From positions 931 to 64,930 of the forward strand of contig JAYWBA010000187.1 of NCBI GenBank assembly GCA_043781915.1: 64,000 bases of DNA. The letters are read 5' to 3'. Shown one piece after another: positions 28,639 to 38,484 of the stretch. The stretch's first letter is position 1, and every line of letters starts with the position of its first letter. The notes below the pieces were generated by a model. The model saw only the letters and a program-made list of their open reading frames with translations. It ran no database searches and was not told the DNA's origin. The position numbers and the translations under genes are program-made. The stretch comes from Saprospiraceae bacterium. GTDB lineage: Bacteria; Bacteroidota; Bacteroidia; Chitinophagales; Saprospiraceae.

Positions 28639-30221
28639 GGCCTCACTTTAAGTCGCTCTTTTCTATCTGCAATTTCCCACGCCGTTAAAAAAGCAAATTG
28701 CGCACGTTTAACTAAAGCGTCGAAATTAATTTTATCAATAGTATCAGTCGGCTGATGATAGTCAGCATGTGTGCCATTAAATAAAAACATGACGGGGATA
28801 CCACGCTCGGCAAAATTGTAGTGGTCACTGCGGTAATAATAACGGTTCGGGTCGTTTTCATCGTTGTAAGTATAATCGAGTTTCAGTTTAGTGTAGCGTG
28901 CGTTCACTTCTTTATGAATGCGCTCCATGTCATCGCTCAATTTATCAGCGCCAATAACATACACATAATCGGCAGTATCTTTGTGCTGCGGGTCAATTCT
29001 ACCAATCATGTCGATATTAATATCAGCCACCGTTTTTTCAATCGGTATTTTCGGATGATTGACGTAATATTTTGAACCGAGCAAACCTTTTTCTTCACCC
29101 GTCATAAATAAGCACAGAATACTGCGTTTCGGCATTTTATGTTCTCTTTCGGCAGCACTAAACGCTTCGCACATCGCCATTAAACCCGATGAACCCGAAC
29201 CATTATCATCCGCCCCGTGATAAATGGTAGTGCCACGTTTACCCAGATGATCTAAATGACACGATACGATAACAATTTCTTTTTTCAAAAGGGGGTCAGA
29301 ACCTTCAAAAAACCCGAGAACGTTGCGACTAATTAATTGCGTCAGTAAGCGCGAAGTAGTGAAATTTATTTTCAATGGCAATTCAAACTTCGATTCAATC
29401 TTACCTCTTGCAGCTTGTTTAGAGTAGCTTTCTATTCTTTTTGAAAATCTTTTAAGCACAGAATCTGTCGCCGAAGGCGATAAATAAATATTAGGAATCA
29501 GAAATTGCGTCGGTGGCACATCGTCCATAGATGAGTTATAGTATAAACTCTTATCTGTTCGCGCATCTCTAGCAAAATTTTTATTTAAAAATATAACTCC
29601 CCGCGCACCATGTGCATAAGCGATACGAATTTTCATGGTCTTATCTTTCGACCAAACAGTGGCGCCTTTTTTACCCGTAGTCTGATTGATAGAATCTTTC
29701 GAAAACGGCTCGCCCGTTAAAATTAAAACAACTTTATCTTTCAAATTATTGCCGCGATAATCATTAAATTTTGGCGTTTCTATGCCATAACCTAAAAACA
29801 AAACCGAATCAGTGTTAATTGTATTTTCTTCTTCTGGATTTGCCTGCGTATAAGCAAAAAAATCGACCATATTGCGCAGCGGTTTATCATTCAATGAAGC
29901 AGTAAGTTTATTCCAAGAATCGTTTGTAAAAACAATGCGTTGAAAATACGAACCTGAATCGCCAATAGATGTAGCTTTTACATTTTGCATGTGGGCAGCA
30001 ATAAAATTAGCCGTTCGTTCATTGCCCACTTTACCTGTTTCGCGTCCTTCCAGCGAATCACTCGTCAGAACTTCTAAGAAACCATGTGTGTTTTGGGTTG
30101 TGATTAATTGAGAATATGGAAAACCGTCGGTTTGTGCTTGAATATAAATGGGGGAAAACAAAAATAAAGCTGCACAAAAAAATTTAATAATAAGTCTTTT
30201 GGTGGATAAAAGCCCGAGCAT
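28632..30221 (-). CDS. M28-family aminopeptidase with PA domain
   Basis: SCHLDHLG...GADDNGSGSSGLMAMCEAF...FMTGEEKGLLGSKYY...HYHQPTD: M28 zinc ligands. ATG at 30221 preferred. Confidence 0.8.
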   Translation of the reverse strand: MLGLLSTKRLIIKFFCAALFLFSPIYIQAQTDGFPYSQLITTQNTHGFLEVLTSDSLEGRETGKVGNERTANFIAAHMQNVKATSIGDSGSYFQRIVFTNDSWNKLTASLNDKPLRNMVDFFAYTQANPEEENTINTDSVLFLGYGIETPKFNDYRGNNLKDKVVLILTGEPFSKDSINQTTGKKGATVWSKDKTMKIRIAYAHGARGVIFLNKNFARDARTDKSLYYNSSMDDVPPTQFLIPNIYLSPSATDSVLKRFSKRIESYSKQAARGKIESKFELPLKINFTTSRLLTQLISRNVLGFFEGSDPLLKKEIVIVSCHLDHLGKRGTTIYHGADDNGSGSSGLMAMCEAFSAAEREHKMPKRSILCLFMTGEEKGLLGSKYYVNHPKIPIEKTVADINIDMIGRIDPQHKDTADYVYVIGADKLSDDMERIHKEVNARYTKLKLDYTYNDENDPNRYYYRSDHYNFAERGIPVMFLFNGTHADYHQPTDTIDKINFDALVKRAQFAFLTAWEIADRKERLKVRPK

Positions 30222-30494
30222 AGTCGTAAGTTTTAAATAAATATTCAACAAATGTAATCTTGTTGAATATAATTGTGTAGATATTAGACAGCTTGGTGGG
30301 AATTATTTTTGGAAAGATGTGTAATAAAAAACTTAAAACTCAAAATTGAATGTAATACCTTTACCGAAATTGCACGACTTTCAGTTTTTCAGTTTAAACT
30401 TTTTGCACCGAAACAGGTTATTTACCGTTATACATTGCAACTATGAAAGAATTCTTTCATTCCTTCATTTTTCATTCTTTCATTTTTTAAAAAT

Positions 30495-31505
30495 ATGGAT
30501 TCAGCTTTTCCTTCTTCCGAAAACAATCATGATGCGAACAGCATAGCGCACGCGCCAGAATTTACGGCTGTTGCTGATTTCAAAAATGCTATTGCGCAAG
30601 AGCTACAAAAAATAATTGTGGGTCAAGAAAACGCGATTCAATTTTTAGTCATTGCCCTTTTGTGCGATGGACATGTACTATTAGAAGGCGTTCCAGGCAT
30701 TGCTAAAACTTTAACGGCAAAACTATTGGCGCAATCTCTCGATTTGCCTTTTGCGCGCCTACAATTTACACCCGATTTAATGCCGAGCGATATTTTGGGT
30801 ACTATGGTGTATAATGTTCAAAACGCGACGTTTTCGTTTAATAAAGGACCGATTTTTAAATCTGTTGTCTTGATTGATGAAATAAATCGTGCGCCCGCCA
30901 AAACGCAATCTGCTTTGTTTGAAGTGATGGAAGAGCGACAAATCACGGTTGAAGGCACAACGCATAAAATGCAGCCGCCATTTTTTGTCATAGCTACTCA
31001 AAATCCAATTGAGCAAGAAGGCACATATCGTTTGCCCGAGGCGCAACTCGATAGATTTATGTTTAAAATTGTGATGCCCTATCCGAGTTTAAGCGAAGAG
31101 CAAGCCATTTTAACGCGCTTTAAAGACGATTTCAAACAGCATCAAATATCGAATGTGCAGTCTATTTTTACGCTGGTCGATATTGAAAAAGCGCGCGCAG
31201 AAGTGCAAACAGTGGCTATTCACGATGATATTATTAAATATATTGCCAGTATTGTTGAAGCTACGCGCCGCAATGCCGACATTATGCTCGGCGCTTCTCC
31301 GCGCGCATCGCTCAATATTCTAAAAGGTGCAAAGGTTGTTGCTGCGCTACGGGATAGAAACTTTGTTACGCCCGACGATGTTCAAACCGTTTTGCAACCT
31401 GTGTTAAATCACCGCGTCATACTCACACCCGAAGCAGAAATGGATGGCATTACGATTCAAGAAATTTTGAAAAATATAATCGAGACAATAGAGGTACCGA
31501 GATAG
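30495..31505 (+). CDS. MoxR-family AAA+ ATPase
   Basis: VLLEGVPGIAKT (Walker A), VLIDEINRAPAKTQSALFEVMEE (Walker B/sensor), ATQNPIEQEGTYRLPEAQLDRF. Confidence 0.9.
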   Translation: MDSAFPSSENNHDANSIAHAPEFTAVADFKNAIAQELQKIIVGQENAIQFLVIALLCDGHVLLEGVPGIAKTLTAKLLAQSLDLPFARLQFTPDLMPSDILGTMVYNVQNATFSFNKGPIFKSVVLIDEINRAPAKTQSALFEVMEERQITVEGTTHKMQPPFFVIATQNPIEQEGTYRLPEAQLDRFMFKIVMPYPSLSEEQAILTRFKDDFKQHQISNVQSIFTLVDIEKARAEVQTVAIHDDIIKYIASIVEATRRNADIMLGASPRASLNILKGAKVVAALRDRNFVTPDDVQTVLQPVLNHRVILTPEAEMDGITIQEILKNIIETIEVPR

Positions 31506-31516
31506 AAATTTGTGAT

Positions 31517-32173
31517 TTAAATATTTTCAAGCGTTGAAATCCAGTTATTAAAGCGAGGCGCTTTGGCACGAATATTATCTAAGCCTATCTCTTCCGCTAT
31601 AAGTGGTCCTAAAACAGTTTTCTTATAACCGTTTATAAGTTTCAATAATCGTTTTGAAGGAGCAGTATTTGGGTTATCGTTAATTAATTCTGGATTTGGA
31701 TAATCTTCAATAATTTTTTCAAGTTCTCCCAAATTTTTAAATTCATTAGCATTTATCTGATTTTTGAAAGATAAAATATTATTGAATAATAAGCCCTCAA
31801 ACTCGTGCAATTGAACGTAAGGAATAAAACGGTGGTTCAAATCTTCAGATATATCATTCTTCATTGAAAATTCGATGAAATCCATCTTTTTATTTTTATC
31901 AACCAATTTTATTTTATCCTTCCAATTAGGAAAATTATGTTTCGATTGTATTCCATAATAATCAATTAATGTTGTGACATAAGCATCTTTATTTTGTTTC
32001 AGATATGTTTCAATTTCGTTTTTTAAACTATTCCAATGCACTATTCCACCATTTGATTTCCCAATGAGTTTCCTTTTTAAAATTATACCTTTGTTGGAGA
32101 AATGGGGATATAATAGAATTTTACAAAATTCTTGCTCGGTTTCACCCTCGCATATAATTATAATGAGCTTCAT
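31517..32173 (-). CDS. DUF4276-like (Toprim-like) protein, module 1
   Basis: MKLIIIICEGETEQEF (EG-TE motif), LIDYYG, FIPYVQLHEFEGLLF, NPELINDNPNTAPSKRL, PRFNNWISTL. Starts 2 nt after the ATPase stop codon. Confidence 0.7.
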   Translation of the reverse strand: MKLIIIICEGETEQEFCKILLYPHFSNKGIILKRKLIGKSNGGIVHWNSLKNEIETYLKQNKDAYVTTLIDYYGIQSKHNFPNWKDKIKLVDKNKKMDFIEFSMKNDISEDLNHRFIPYVQLHEFEGLLFNNILSFKNQINANEFKNLGELEKIIEDYPNPELINDNPNTAPSKRLLKLINGYKKTVLGPLIAEEIGLDNIRAKAPRFNNWISTLENI

Positions 32174-32175
32174 TT

Positions 32176-33243
32176 TTAGTTGGGTTGACCAGTTTCAATA
32201 ATACTCCTTTTCCATAAATCGTCAATGGTATGGTTGTCTAACCAAATCGCTAATTCATTTGATTCAAGTCTTTTAAATTGGGTTTCACCATTTATTTGAT
32301 CAACTGTAATAACATCTTCGGGCTTAAAGTGACTTATGAGATCTGCTGATTGTGTAGCTACTATAATTTGGCAATCTCTCGAAGCGGCTGATTGAATCAT
32401 GCCTGCTAATTTTGCAATGGCAAACGGATGTAAACCTAGTTCTGGTTCATCAATAATAATTGCGGAAGGTAAATCGGGTTGCATAAATAAAACTGTCAGG
32501 GCAATAAAACGCAAAGTTCCATCTGACAGGTCATTAACTCCATAGATAGTTGAACTCAATTTATCTCTCCATTGTAACGCAATGGAGTCAACTCCGTTAG
32601 GGTGTAAATAAAATTCGAAGAAATATGGTGCAACACTTTGGACAATCTGTACGATTCTTCTGAATGTTTTAGGATTTCTTTCACGTAACATAAATAAAAA
32701 AGCTGCGATATTTTTGCCATTTTCATAAAGAGAATACACATCGTTTCTAATATTAGATTCAATCCCGAAGGGAGAAGTCGGTCCAGTATCCTGAAAGTGA
32801 TATTTCCTCACTGAACTTAAATATTGCTTTATATCTTCAACTTTATATTCTGGATTAAATCTTAGTTTGGTTTCTTTGCCTAAATACTGATTATTATCTT
32901 TCCCAAGAATGACCTCATTTCTAAAATATGTAGTTTCAGAATTAATAAAATAAAAATTTGAATCCCCTCTTTTAATTTCAACTTCATAAGCATTATCACC
33001 AAAACCTAGCTTTAAATTAATGGCTTGTGTCACTTTGCTTCCTTTGTGAAGCATTTTTTCAAATGAACCTTTTCGTGCTATATATTCATCAAGCCTTGTT
33101 TCATACATGGCATTTAAAAATTCGAAAAAAGAGAGAAAATTTGTTTTGCCACTGCCATTTGCACCAATAAGAATATTAATAGGCTGTAGCTCAACGCGTG
33201 CATCCTTAATTGATTTATAGCCTTTTATTTCTATATAGTCCAT
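32176..33243 (-). CDS. ABC/SMC-type AAA ATPase (AAA_15/21-like), module 1
   Basis: Walker A ILIGANGSGKTNF, signature-like LSDGTLRF, Walker B AIIIDEPELGLHP, H-loop-like IVATQS. ATG at 33243 preferred over TTG at 33252. Confidence 0.8.
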   Translation of the reverse strand: MDYIEIKGYKSIKDARVELQPINILIGANGSGKTNFLSFFEFLNAMYETRLDEYIARKGSFEKMLHKGSKVTQAINLKLGFGDNAYEVEIKRGDSNFYFINSETTYFRNEVILGKDNNQYLGKETKLRFNPEYKVEDIKQYLSSVRKYHFQDTGPTSPFGIESNIRNDVYSLYENGKNIAAFLFMLRERNPKTFRRIVQIVQSVAPYFFEFYLHPNGVDSIALQWRDKLSSTIYGVNDLSDGTLRFIALTVLFMQPDLPSAIIIDEPELGLHPFAIAKLAGMIQSAASRDCQIIVATQSADLISHFKPEDVITVDQINGETQFKRLESNELAIWLDNHTIDDLWKRSIIETGQPN

Positions 33244-33381
33244 ATTGAGCAAAATAATTTCTAAAACTATACAAATTTAAAACACTTCACTCAAAAAATA
33301 CTAATTCTTTTATAAATCCCTACTTTTGCGTCTTAAACTTTGAATCAGTAAGATTGTTTAAGTTTAAATCACTCGCTCTGC

Positions 33382-35247
33382 ATGTCAATTATTTCTATAA
33401 ATTTAAGTACAGGTAATGTCGATACTACAAAACCTTTGGTTGTCGGCATCGACTTGGGTACAACCAATTCTTTAGTGGCTTATATCAAAAACGGCGCACC
33501 CGTTTGTGTTGCTGATGCATTGGGTAAAAATACCCTTTTGCCTTCGGTTGTTCATTTTGCTAAAAATGGAGAGATTGTAGTAGGTGATGTTGCCAAAAAG
33601 TTTTTTGAAACAGAACCCGAACGGACAATTTATTCAGCCAAGAGATTGATGGGTAAATCGTACAACGATGTAAAAGCCTACGAAAATTATTTAGCGTATA
33701 AAGTTATTGAAAACGCAGATGAAAACGCACTCGTGAAAGTGCGTGTGGGTGATACGTTTTACTCGCCGATTGAGCTTTCAGCATTGATTTTAAAAGAATT
33801 AAAAGCGCGGATCGAAAAAGAACTCGGCGCAGAAGTTTCGAAAGTTGTGATTACAGTTCCCGCTTATTTTAACGATGCACAGCGACAAGCCACGCGTGAT
33901 GCAGGTAAATTGGCAGGTTTGGAAGTCTTACGCATTCTAAACGAACCTACTGCTGCTGCATTGGCGTATGGTATTGGTTCGGCAGAAGAACAAACGAATG
34001 AAGTGATTGCGGTTTACGATTTGGGTGGCGGCACGTTTGATGTCTCCATTTTGCAAATCAGTGAAGGCATTTTTGAAGTGCTTTCAACCAATGGCGATAC
34101 TTTTTTGGGTGGAGACGATTTTGATAGAAAAATTATAGATTTTTGGCTTTCAAAAATTTACGCGCATGTCGATTCAAAAAATCATCCGCAGCCTGAATTA
34201 ATGCAACAATTACGCCTCGAAGCAGAGCATGCTAAAAAACATCTCTCAAACCATGAAAGTTTTAATACACTTTACAGGGACATCGAATTAAGCATAACAC
34301 GCGCAGAGTTTGAAGAATTGATTCGCCCATTGGTAGAAAAAACGATCCAAAGTTGCTTTAAAGCACTTGCTGATGCAAAACTTTCTGTTTCTGATATTGA
34401 AAAGGTTGTAATGGTAGGTGGTTCAACGCGTGTGCCATTAGTCAAACAAATGGTGAGTGATTTTTTTAAAGGTAAAATATTCGATAGCCTCAATCCCGAT
34501 GAAGTCGTAGCGCTCGGCGCAGCAGTTCAAGCAGATATTTTAGCAGGCAACAAACGCGACACACTCCTCATTGATGTTACGCCTCTTTCGATGGGAATCG
34601 AAACTGTGGGGGGATTGATGGATACAATTATTCCGAGAAACTCAAAAATACCGATTAAAGCCGGCAGACAATATACGACGAGCATTGATGGGCAGAAAAA
34701 TTTGAAAATTGCCGTTTATCAAGGTGAGCGCGATTTGGTTGCCCACAATCGCAAATTAAGTGAATTTATTTTGCGCAATATTCCGCCCATGCCCGCAGGT
34801 TTGCCGAAAATTGATATTCAGTTTTATCTCGATGCCGACGGAATTTTACAGGTTAAAGCCTCTGAATTGCGTTCGGGTACGGTTCAAGAAATTACGATTC
34901 GCGCAGCGTATAGTTTAAGTGAAGAAGAAATGGCGTTGATGTTGATTGATTCGATGCAAAATGCGCAAACGGATATGCAAACGCGTGCGCTTTTAGAAGC
35001 GCGAAACGAAGCGAATAATATTGTTTTAGCAGCTGAAAAGTTTTTGATTCAGAACACTCATATTCTAAGTTCCTACGAAAAAAATAAAACTAAGAGACTC
35101 AGTAAAGCGCTTAAAACTTCTACTCAAGGCGATGATAAAGATGCGATTTTGGCAGCAATAGAGACGCTAAATCAATACACCGAACCGCTCGCGCATCGAG
35201 CGCTTGATGTGAATATTGCTGTTGCAATGAAAGGAAAACAAATTTAG
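33382..35247 (+). CDS. hscA: HscA-like Hsp70 chaperone
   Basis: [60 protein letters not shown]. Its length and N-terminus resemble HscA rather than DnaK. Confidence 0.7.
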   Translation: MSIISINLSTGNVDTTKPLVVGIDLGTTNSLVAYIKNGAPVCVADALGKNTLLPSVVHFAKNGEIVVGDVAKKFFETEPERTIYSAKRLMGKSYNDVKAYENYLAYKVIENADENALVKVRVGDTFYSPIELSALILKELKARIEKELGAEVSKVVITVPAYFNDAQRQATRDAGKLAGLEVLRILNEPTAAALAYGIGSAEEQTNEVIAVYDLGGGTFDVSILQISEGIFEVLSTNGDTFLGGDDFDRKIIDFWLSKIYAHVDSKNHPQPELMQQLRLEAEHAKKHLSNHESFNTLYRDIELSITRAEFEELIRPLVEKTIQSCFKALADAKLSVSDIEKVVMVGGSTRVPLVKQMVSDFFKGKIFDSLNPDEVVALGAAVQADILAGNKRDTLLIDVTPLSMGIETVGGLMDTIIPRNSKIPIKAGRQYTTSIDGQKNLKIAVYQGERDLVAHNRKLSEFILRNIPPMPAGLPKIDIQFYLDADGILQVKASELRSGTVQEITIRAAYSLSEEEMALMLIDSMQNAQTDMQTRALLEARNEANNIVLAAEKFLIQNTHILSSYEKNKTKRLSKALKTSTQGDDKDAILAAIETLNQYTEPLAHRALDVNIAVAMKGKQI

Positions 35248-35322
35248 GGAATAATTTATAGAGAATAGGGAATAATGAAGAGAGGAAATTATTCCCTATC
35301 ACTTATTCCTTATTCCCTATTA
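35245..35322. repeat. Word hairpin (AGGGAAT/AATAGGG words) between convergent genes
   Basis: ATAGGGAATAAT (35265-35276) pairs perfectly with ATTATTCCCTAT (35288-35299). Outer arms are imperfect. Overlaps both stop codons. Confidence 0.7.
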
Positions 35323-35796
35323 TACTACCTTATCTGCACAATTCGACGATGCAAACGCATCGGGTTTGGCTTTGAATGTAAACCCCATTCCCATAATATA
35401 ACCCATTGCTTCTTTCAAAGCCACATTCGATTGGAAATAAGGGTCAGTATTAATATCGGCATGTACTTCAAGCTCTACGTCGTATTTGTCGAGTAAATCG
35501 CACAAACCGTATGCAATTTCCACCGACTTACCCACTTCCGTAATCATGCGTTCGCGCAATGACATTGGTTTGGTTGACATATCGGGTTGAATGAACATAA
35601 AACCGCCTTTGCGTTCGCGCAAAAAAACGATAACCGATGCAAAATGGATTTCCTCGCCGCGCACCTGAGAGTCGGTGCCGATACAAACTTTGAGTTTGTT
35701 TCCGAGTTCGTGTTCTCTAATAATTGTTTGTTCTACGGCCGCTTTAATTGGTAATTCAATTTTTTGGCCGTTTAATCGTCGCCACATTTTCTCCAT
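35320..35796 (-). CDS. YkuK-like (DUF458) RNase H-fold protein
   Basis: CIGTDSQVRGEEIHFASVIVFLRERKGGFMF and HADINTD resemble the YkuK family. Confidence 0.5.
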   Translation of the reverse strand: MEKMWRRLNGQKIELPIKAAVEQTIIREHELGNKLKVCIGTDSQVRGEEIHFASVIVFLRERKGGFMFIQPDMSTKPMSLRERMITEVGKSVEIAYGLCDLLDKYDVELEVHADINTDPYFQSNVALKEAMGYIMGMGFTFKAKPDAFASSNCADKVV

Positions 35797-36239
35797 GTCT
35801 TATTTCTTTTAAAAAACAATAAATTTAACAAAATAGTTCAAATGCAAATACGTCAACAAATTTAATGTTTTTTATCAAATTTTATAATTTTAGCTACATT
35901 AAATCAATATTAATGTTTGAACAGTGTGTTGATAGTCATTAAGAATTAAGAATTAGCGGCAGCATAGTAATAGGCTCAAAACTCCTTAATTTTTAATTTT
36001 TAATTCTTCATTGAAAAATTGTTCATCCAATTTTTCAGCCTGTTGAAGCTTATAAAATGCACGTTTGTCGAAACACGTTAATTTTCATTTTTTTTTCGGT
36101 AGAAGTTTCCTTACTTTTGTAATGTAAATAGAGTTGAAATAGAAACTCGAAAGATTTTTTTCAGCCTTTTGCACTGTATTCAATTTAAAAATTTATTTAA
36201 AATTAATTAGAATTTCTTAAAAAGAAAAAACCAAGTTCT

Positions 36240-37265
36240 ATGGCTAATATCACTCCAGTTTCAACACCTTCAATGGATATTAAACCGAAAAGCTTTTGGC
36301 AAAGACCCGAAGGCACTACAGGTAGAATTTTTATGCTCGGCATTCTCGGCGGTGGTGCTTATTTATTGTATCGTGCCTTACCAACGCTGATTAAATTGGC
36401 TGAGAACACCCTTTACTTAGGGTTATTGCTCGTTGGCTTGGCTGCGCTTATTTATATGATTCTCGACCCAAAAGTGCGCAACATCGTTGGATTTATGTAC
36501 AAAAGCATTATGCGCTCAATTACAGGCATGTTTGTTCAAATCGACCCCATTGGAATTTTAAAAAGCTATGTAGAAAGTTTGCAAGAAAATCTGGCTAAAA
36601 TGAGTCGGCAGATTGGCATTTTGAAAGGACAAAAACGCCAACTCGAACAGTTAATGGATTCGAATACTAAAGAAATTGATTCGAATATGAAATTAGCGGA
36701 TCAAGCTAAAAAAACGGGACAAGATTCGCAAGTGGTTTTGTTTACGCGCAAAGCAGCTCGTATGCAAGATAGCAACGAAAAATACAGTGTGCTGTCGCGT
36801 AAAATTGAGATTTTAGAGCGCGTTCTCAATAAAATGTACGAAAATTCACAGATTTTGATGGAAGACACCAAAGATCAAGTGAAGATTAAAGAACAAGAAA
36901 GTCAAATTATCAGAACAAGTCATAGTGCTATGCGCTCCGCGATGAGTGTTTTAAGCGGCGATCCGGATAAACGCGCTATGTTCGATATGGCGATGGATAA
37001 TATTAATAACGACGTCGCTACTAAAGTCGGCGAAATGGAGCGCTTCATGGATATGTCTTCGAATTTGATGAAGTCGATTGATTTACAAAACGGCGTGTTC
37101 GAAGAAGAAGGCATGAAGATGCTGGAAGAGTGGGAGAAGAACTCAACCCTTATTTTATCGGGGGGGAAAATTGAAGAAAAAATGACACTTGCTCCACTTT
37201 CGAACACGAACATCGCACCAACTTCAACGGAATTGCGCAACGATTACGATAATTTGTTTAAGTAA
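36240..37265 (+). CDS. Membrane-anchored coiled-coil protein (PspA/IM30-like guess)
   Basis: Two N-terminal TM helices followed by about 230 aa of heptad-rich helical sequence. Confidence 0.4.
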   Translation: MANITPVSTPSMDIKPKSFWQRPEGTTGRIFMLGILGGGAYLLYRALPTLIKLAENTLYLGLLLVGLAALIYMILDPKVRNIVGFMYKSIMRSITGMFVQIDPIGILKSYVESLQENLAKMSRQIGILKGQKRQLEQLMDSNTKEIDSNMKLADQAKKTGQDSQVVLFTRKAARMQDSNEKYSVLSRKIEILERVLNKMYENSQILMEDTKDQVKIKEQESQIIRTSHSAMRSAMSVLSGDPDKRAMFDMAMDNINNDVATKVGEMERFMDMSSNLMKSIDLQNGVFEEEGMKMLEEWEKNSTLILSGGKIEEKMTLAPLSNTNIAPTSTELRNDYDNLFK

Positions 37266-37287
37266 TAAGGAATAGATAATAAGTAAC

Positions 37288-37320
37288 AAACCTCGTAAGT
37301 TTTTAAAACTTACGAGGTTT
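37288..37320. terminator. Perfect 15-bp hairpin AAACCTCGTAAGTTT-TTA-AAACTTACGAGGTTT
   Basis: A copy of the 24619-24651 hairpin with one compensated base pair. Confidence 0.6.
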
Positions 37321-37334
37321 AATAATTTATAATT

Positions 37335-37865
37335 ATGCAAACCACCGATATCATCTGGCTTCAAAACGTTCGCGATGCCGTTAATAGTTCGAGTATTTCT
37401 GAGCTTCCCGATCATGCGCGTGTTTGGGTGTATCAAAGCAGTCGCGTTTTTACAGCGCATGAAGTACAGCAATTAAATCCCATTTTGGCTGAATTTGCAG
37501 ATAATTGGGCAGCACACGGCAGTGCCATGGTATCAGCAGCCGAAATAATTTTGAATCGTTTTATTGTTTTTGCCATCGATGAAATGGCACAAGCTGCGAG
37601 CGGTTGTTCAATTGATACGTCTATAAATCTTTTAAAAGAAATCGAAAAAGCTTACGACATTAATTTATACGACCGCATGGCGACGGCTTTTATTACGCCG
37701 CAACACAATATCGAAATGCAGCCCGTGCAATCGCTTTCTCAAAACGAAAGTGTAACTGCCGAGACTTTGGTTTTCGATAATCTCACGAACACTGTGGGCG
37801 ATTTAAAAACAAATTGGTTGAAACCTATTGCACAGAGTTGGCATAAGCGTTTTGTGAAAAAATAA
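37335..37865 (+). CDS. Conserved hypothetical protein
   Basis: 176-aa ORF with VWVYQSSRVF...WAAHGS...ASGCSIDTS. I remember similar Bacteroidota proteins but no known function. Confidence 0.5.
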   Translation: MQTTDIIWLQNVRDAVNSSSISELPDHARVWVYQSSRVFTAHEVQQLNPILAEFADNWAAHGSAMVSAAEIILNRFIVFAIDEMAQAASGCSIDTSINLLKEIEKAYDINLYDRMATAFITPQHNIEMQPVQSLSQNESVTAETLVFDNLTNTVGDLKTNWLKPIAQSWHKRFVKK

Positions 37866-37871
37866 AAAGCT

Positions 37872-38465
37872 ATGGATGCAAACACTGGCTATTTAGAAAG
37901 CGTAAAAAAACAATTCGCTTATTATAAAATGCTCGCAGAAAAAACATTCGAGCAACTCAGCGAAGAGCAATTATTTTGGCAATACAATGCTGAAAGTAAT
38001 AGCGTTGCAAACATTGTAAAACATCTTTCGGGTAATATGCTTTCGCGTTGGACAGATATTTTCAACTCGGATGGAGAAAAAACTTGGCGCGATCGAGACG
38101 CGGAATTTGAAAATGATATCACTTCACGCGCTGAATTATTAATAGTATGGCAGGAAGGTTGGCGCTGTTTTTTAGAAACACTCGATACTTTAACGGATCG
38201 TGATTTGCAAAAAGAGGTTTTCATTCGTAATCAAGGACATACAGTTTTAGAAGCCATAAATAGACAATTAGCGCATTATCCTTATCATATTGGGCAAATT
38301 GTATTTATTGGTAAAATGATGTGCGATTCAAATTGGAATTCGCTCTCCATCCCAAAAGGAAATTCGGCAAAATATAACCACACAAAGTTCTCACAACCCA
38401 AACATAAAGCACATTTTACAGATGAATTTTTAGAATCGTCTAAAAATAAAGACTCTAAGCAGTAA
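37872..38465 (+). CDS. DinB-like (DUF1572) family protein
   Basis: NIVKHLSGNMLSRWTDIF...WRDRDAEFE...LAHYPYHIGQIVFIGK: four-helix DinB-type histidines. Confidence 0.65.
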   Translation: MDANTGYLESVKKQFAYYKMLAEKTFEQLSEEQLFWQYNAESNSVANIVKHLSGNMLSRWTDIFNSDGEKTWRDRDAEFENDITSRAELLIVWQEGWRCFLETLDTLTDRDLQKEVFIRNQGHTVLEAINRQLAHYPYHIGQIVFIGKMMCDSNWNSLSIPKGNSAKYNHTKFSQPKHKAHFTDEFLESSKNKDSKQ

Positions 38466-38484
38466 ATTTGCCTAAATTTTAAAC

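Noticed and set aside
30495-31505. MoxR ATPase as a third component of defence module 1.
   Set aside because: - It is convergently oriented and has normal backbone composition.
- It belongs to a well-known housekeeping family.
- Module 2 has no MoxR neighbour.
35797-36239. Possible small RNA or riboswitch in long gene-free gaps (also 11107-11627, 22466-22787, 30252-30494).
   Set aside because: - I could not recognise any known riboswitch, tmRNA, RNase P, 6S or SRP consensus by eye.
- Only the repeat structures already reported are evident.
- A covariance-model scan (Infernal/Rfam) would be needed.
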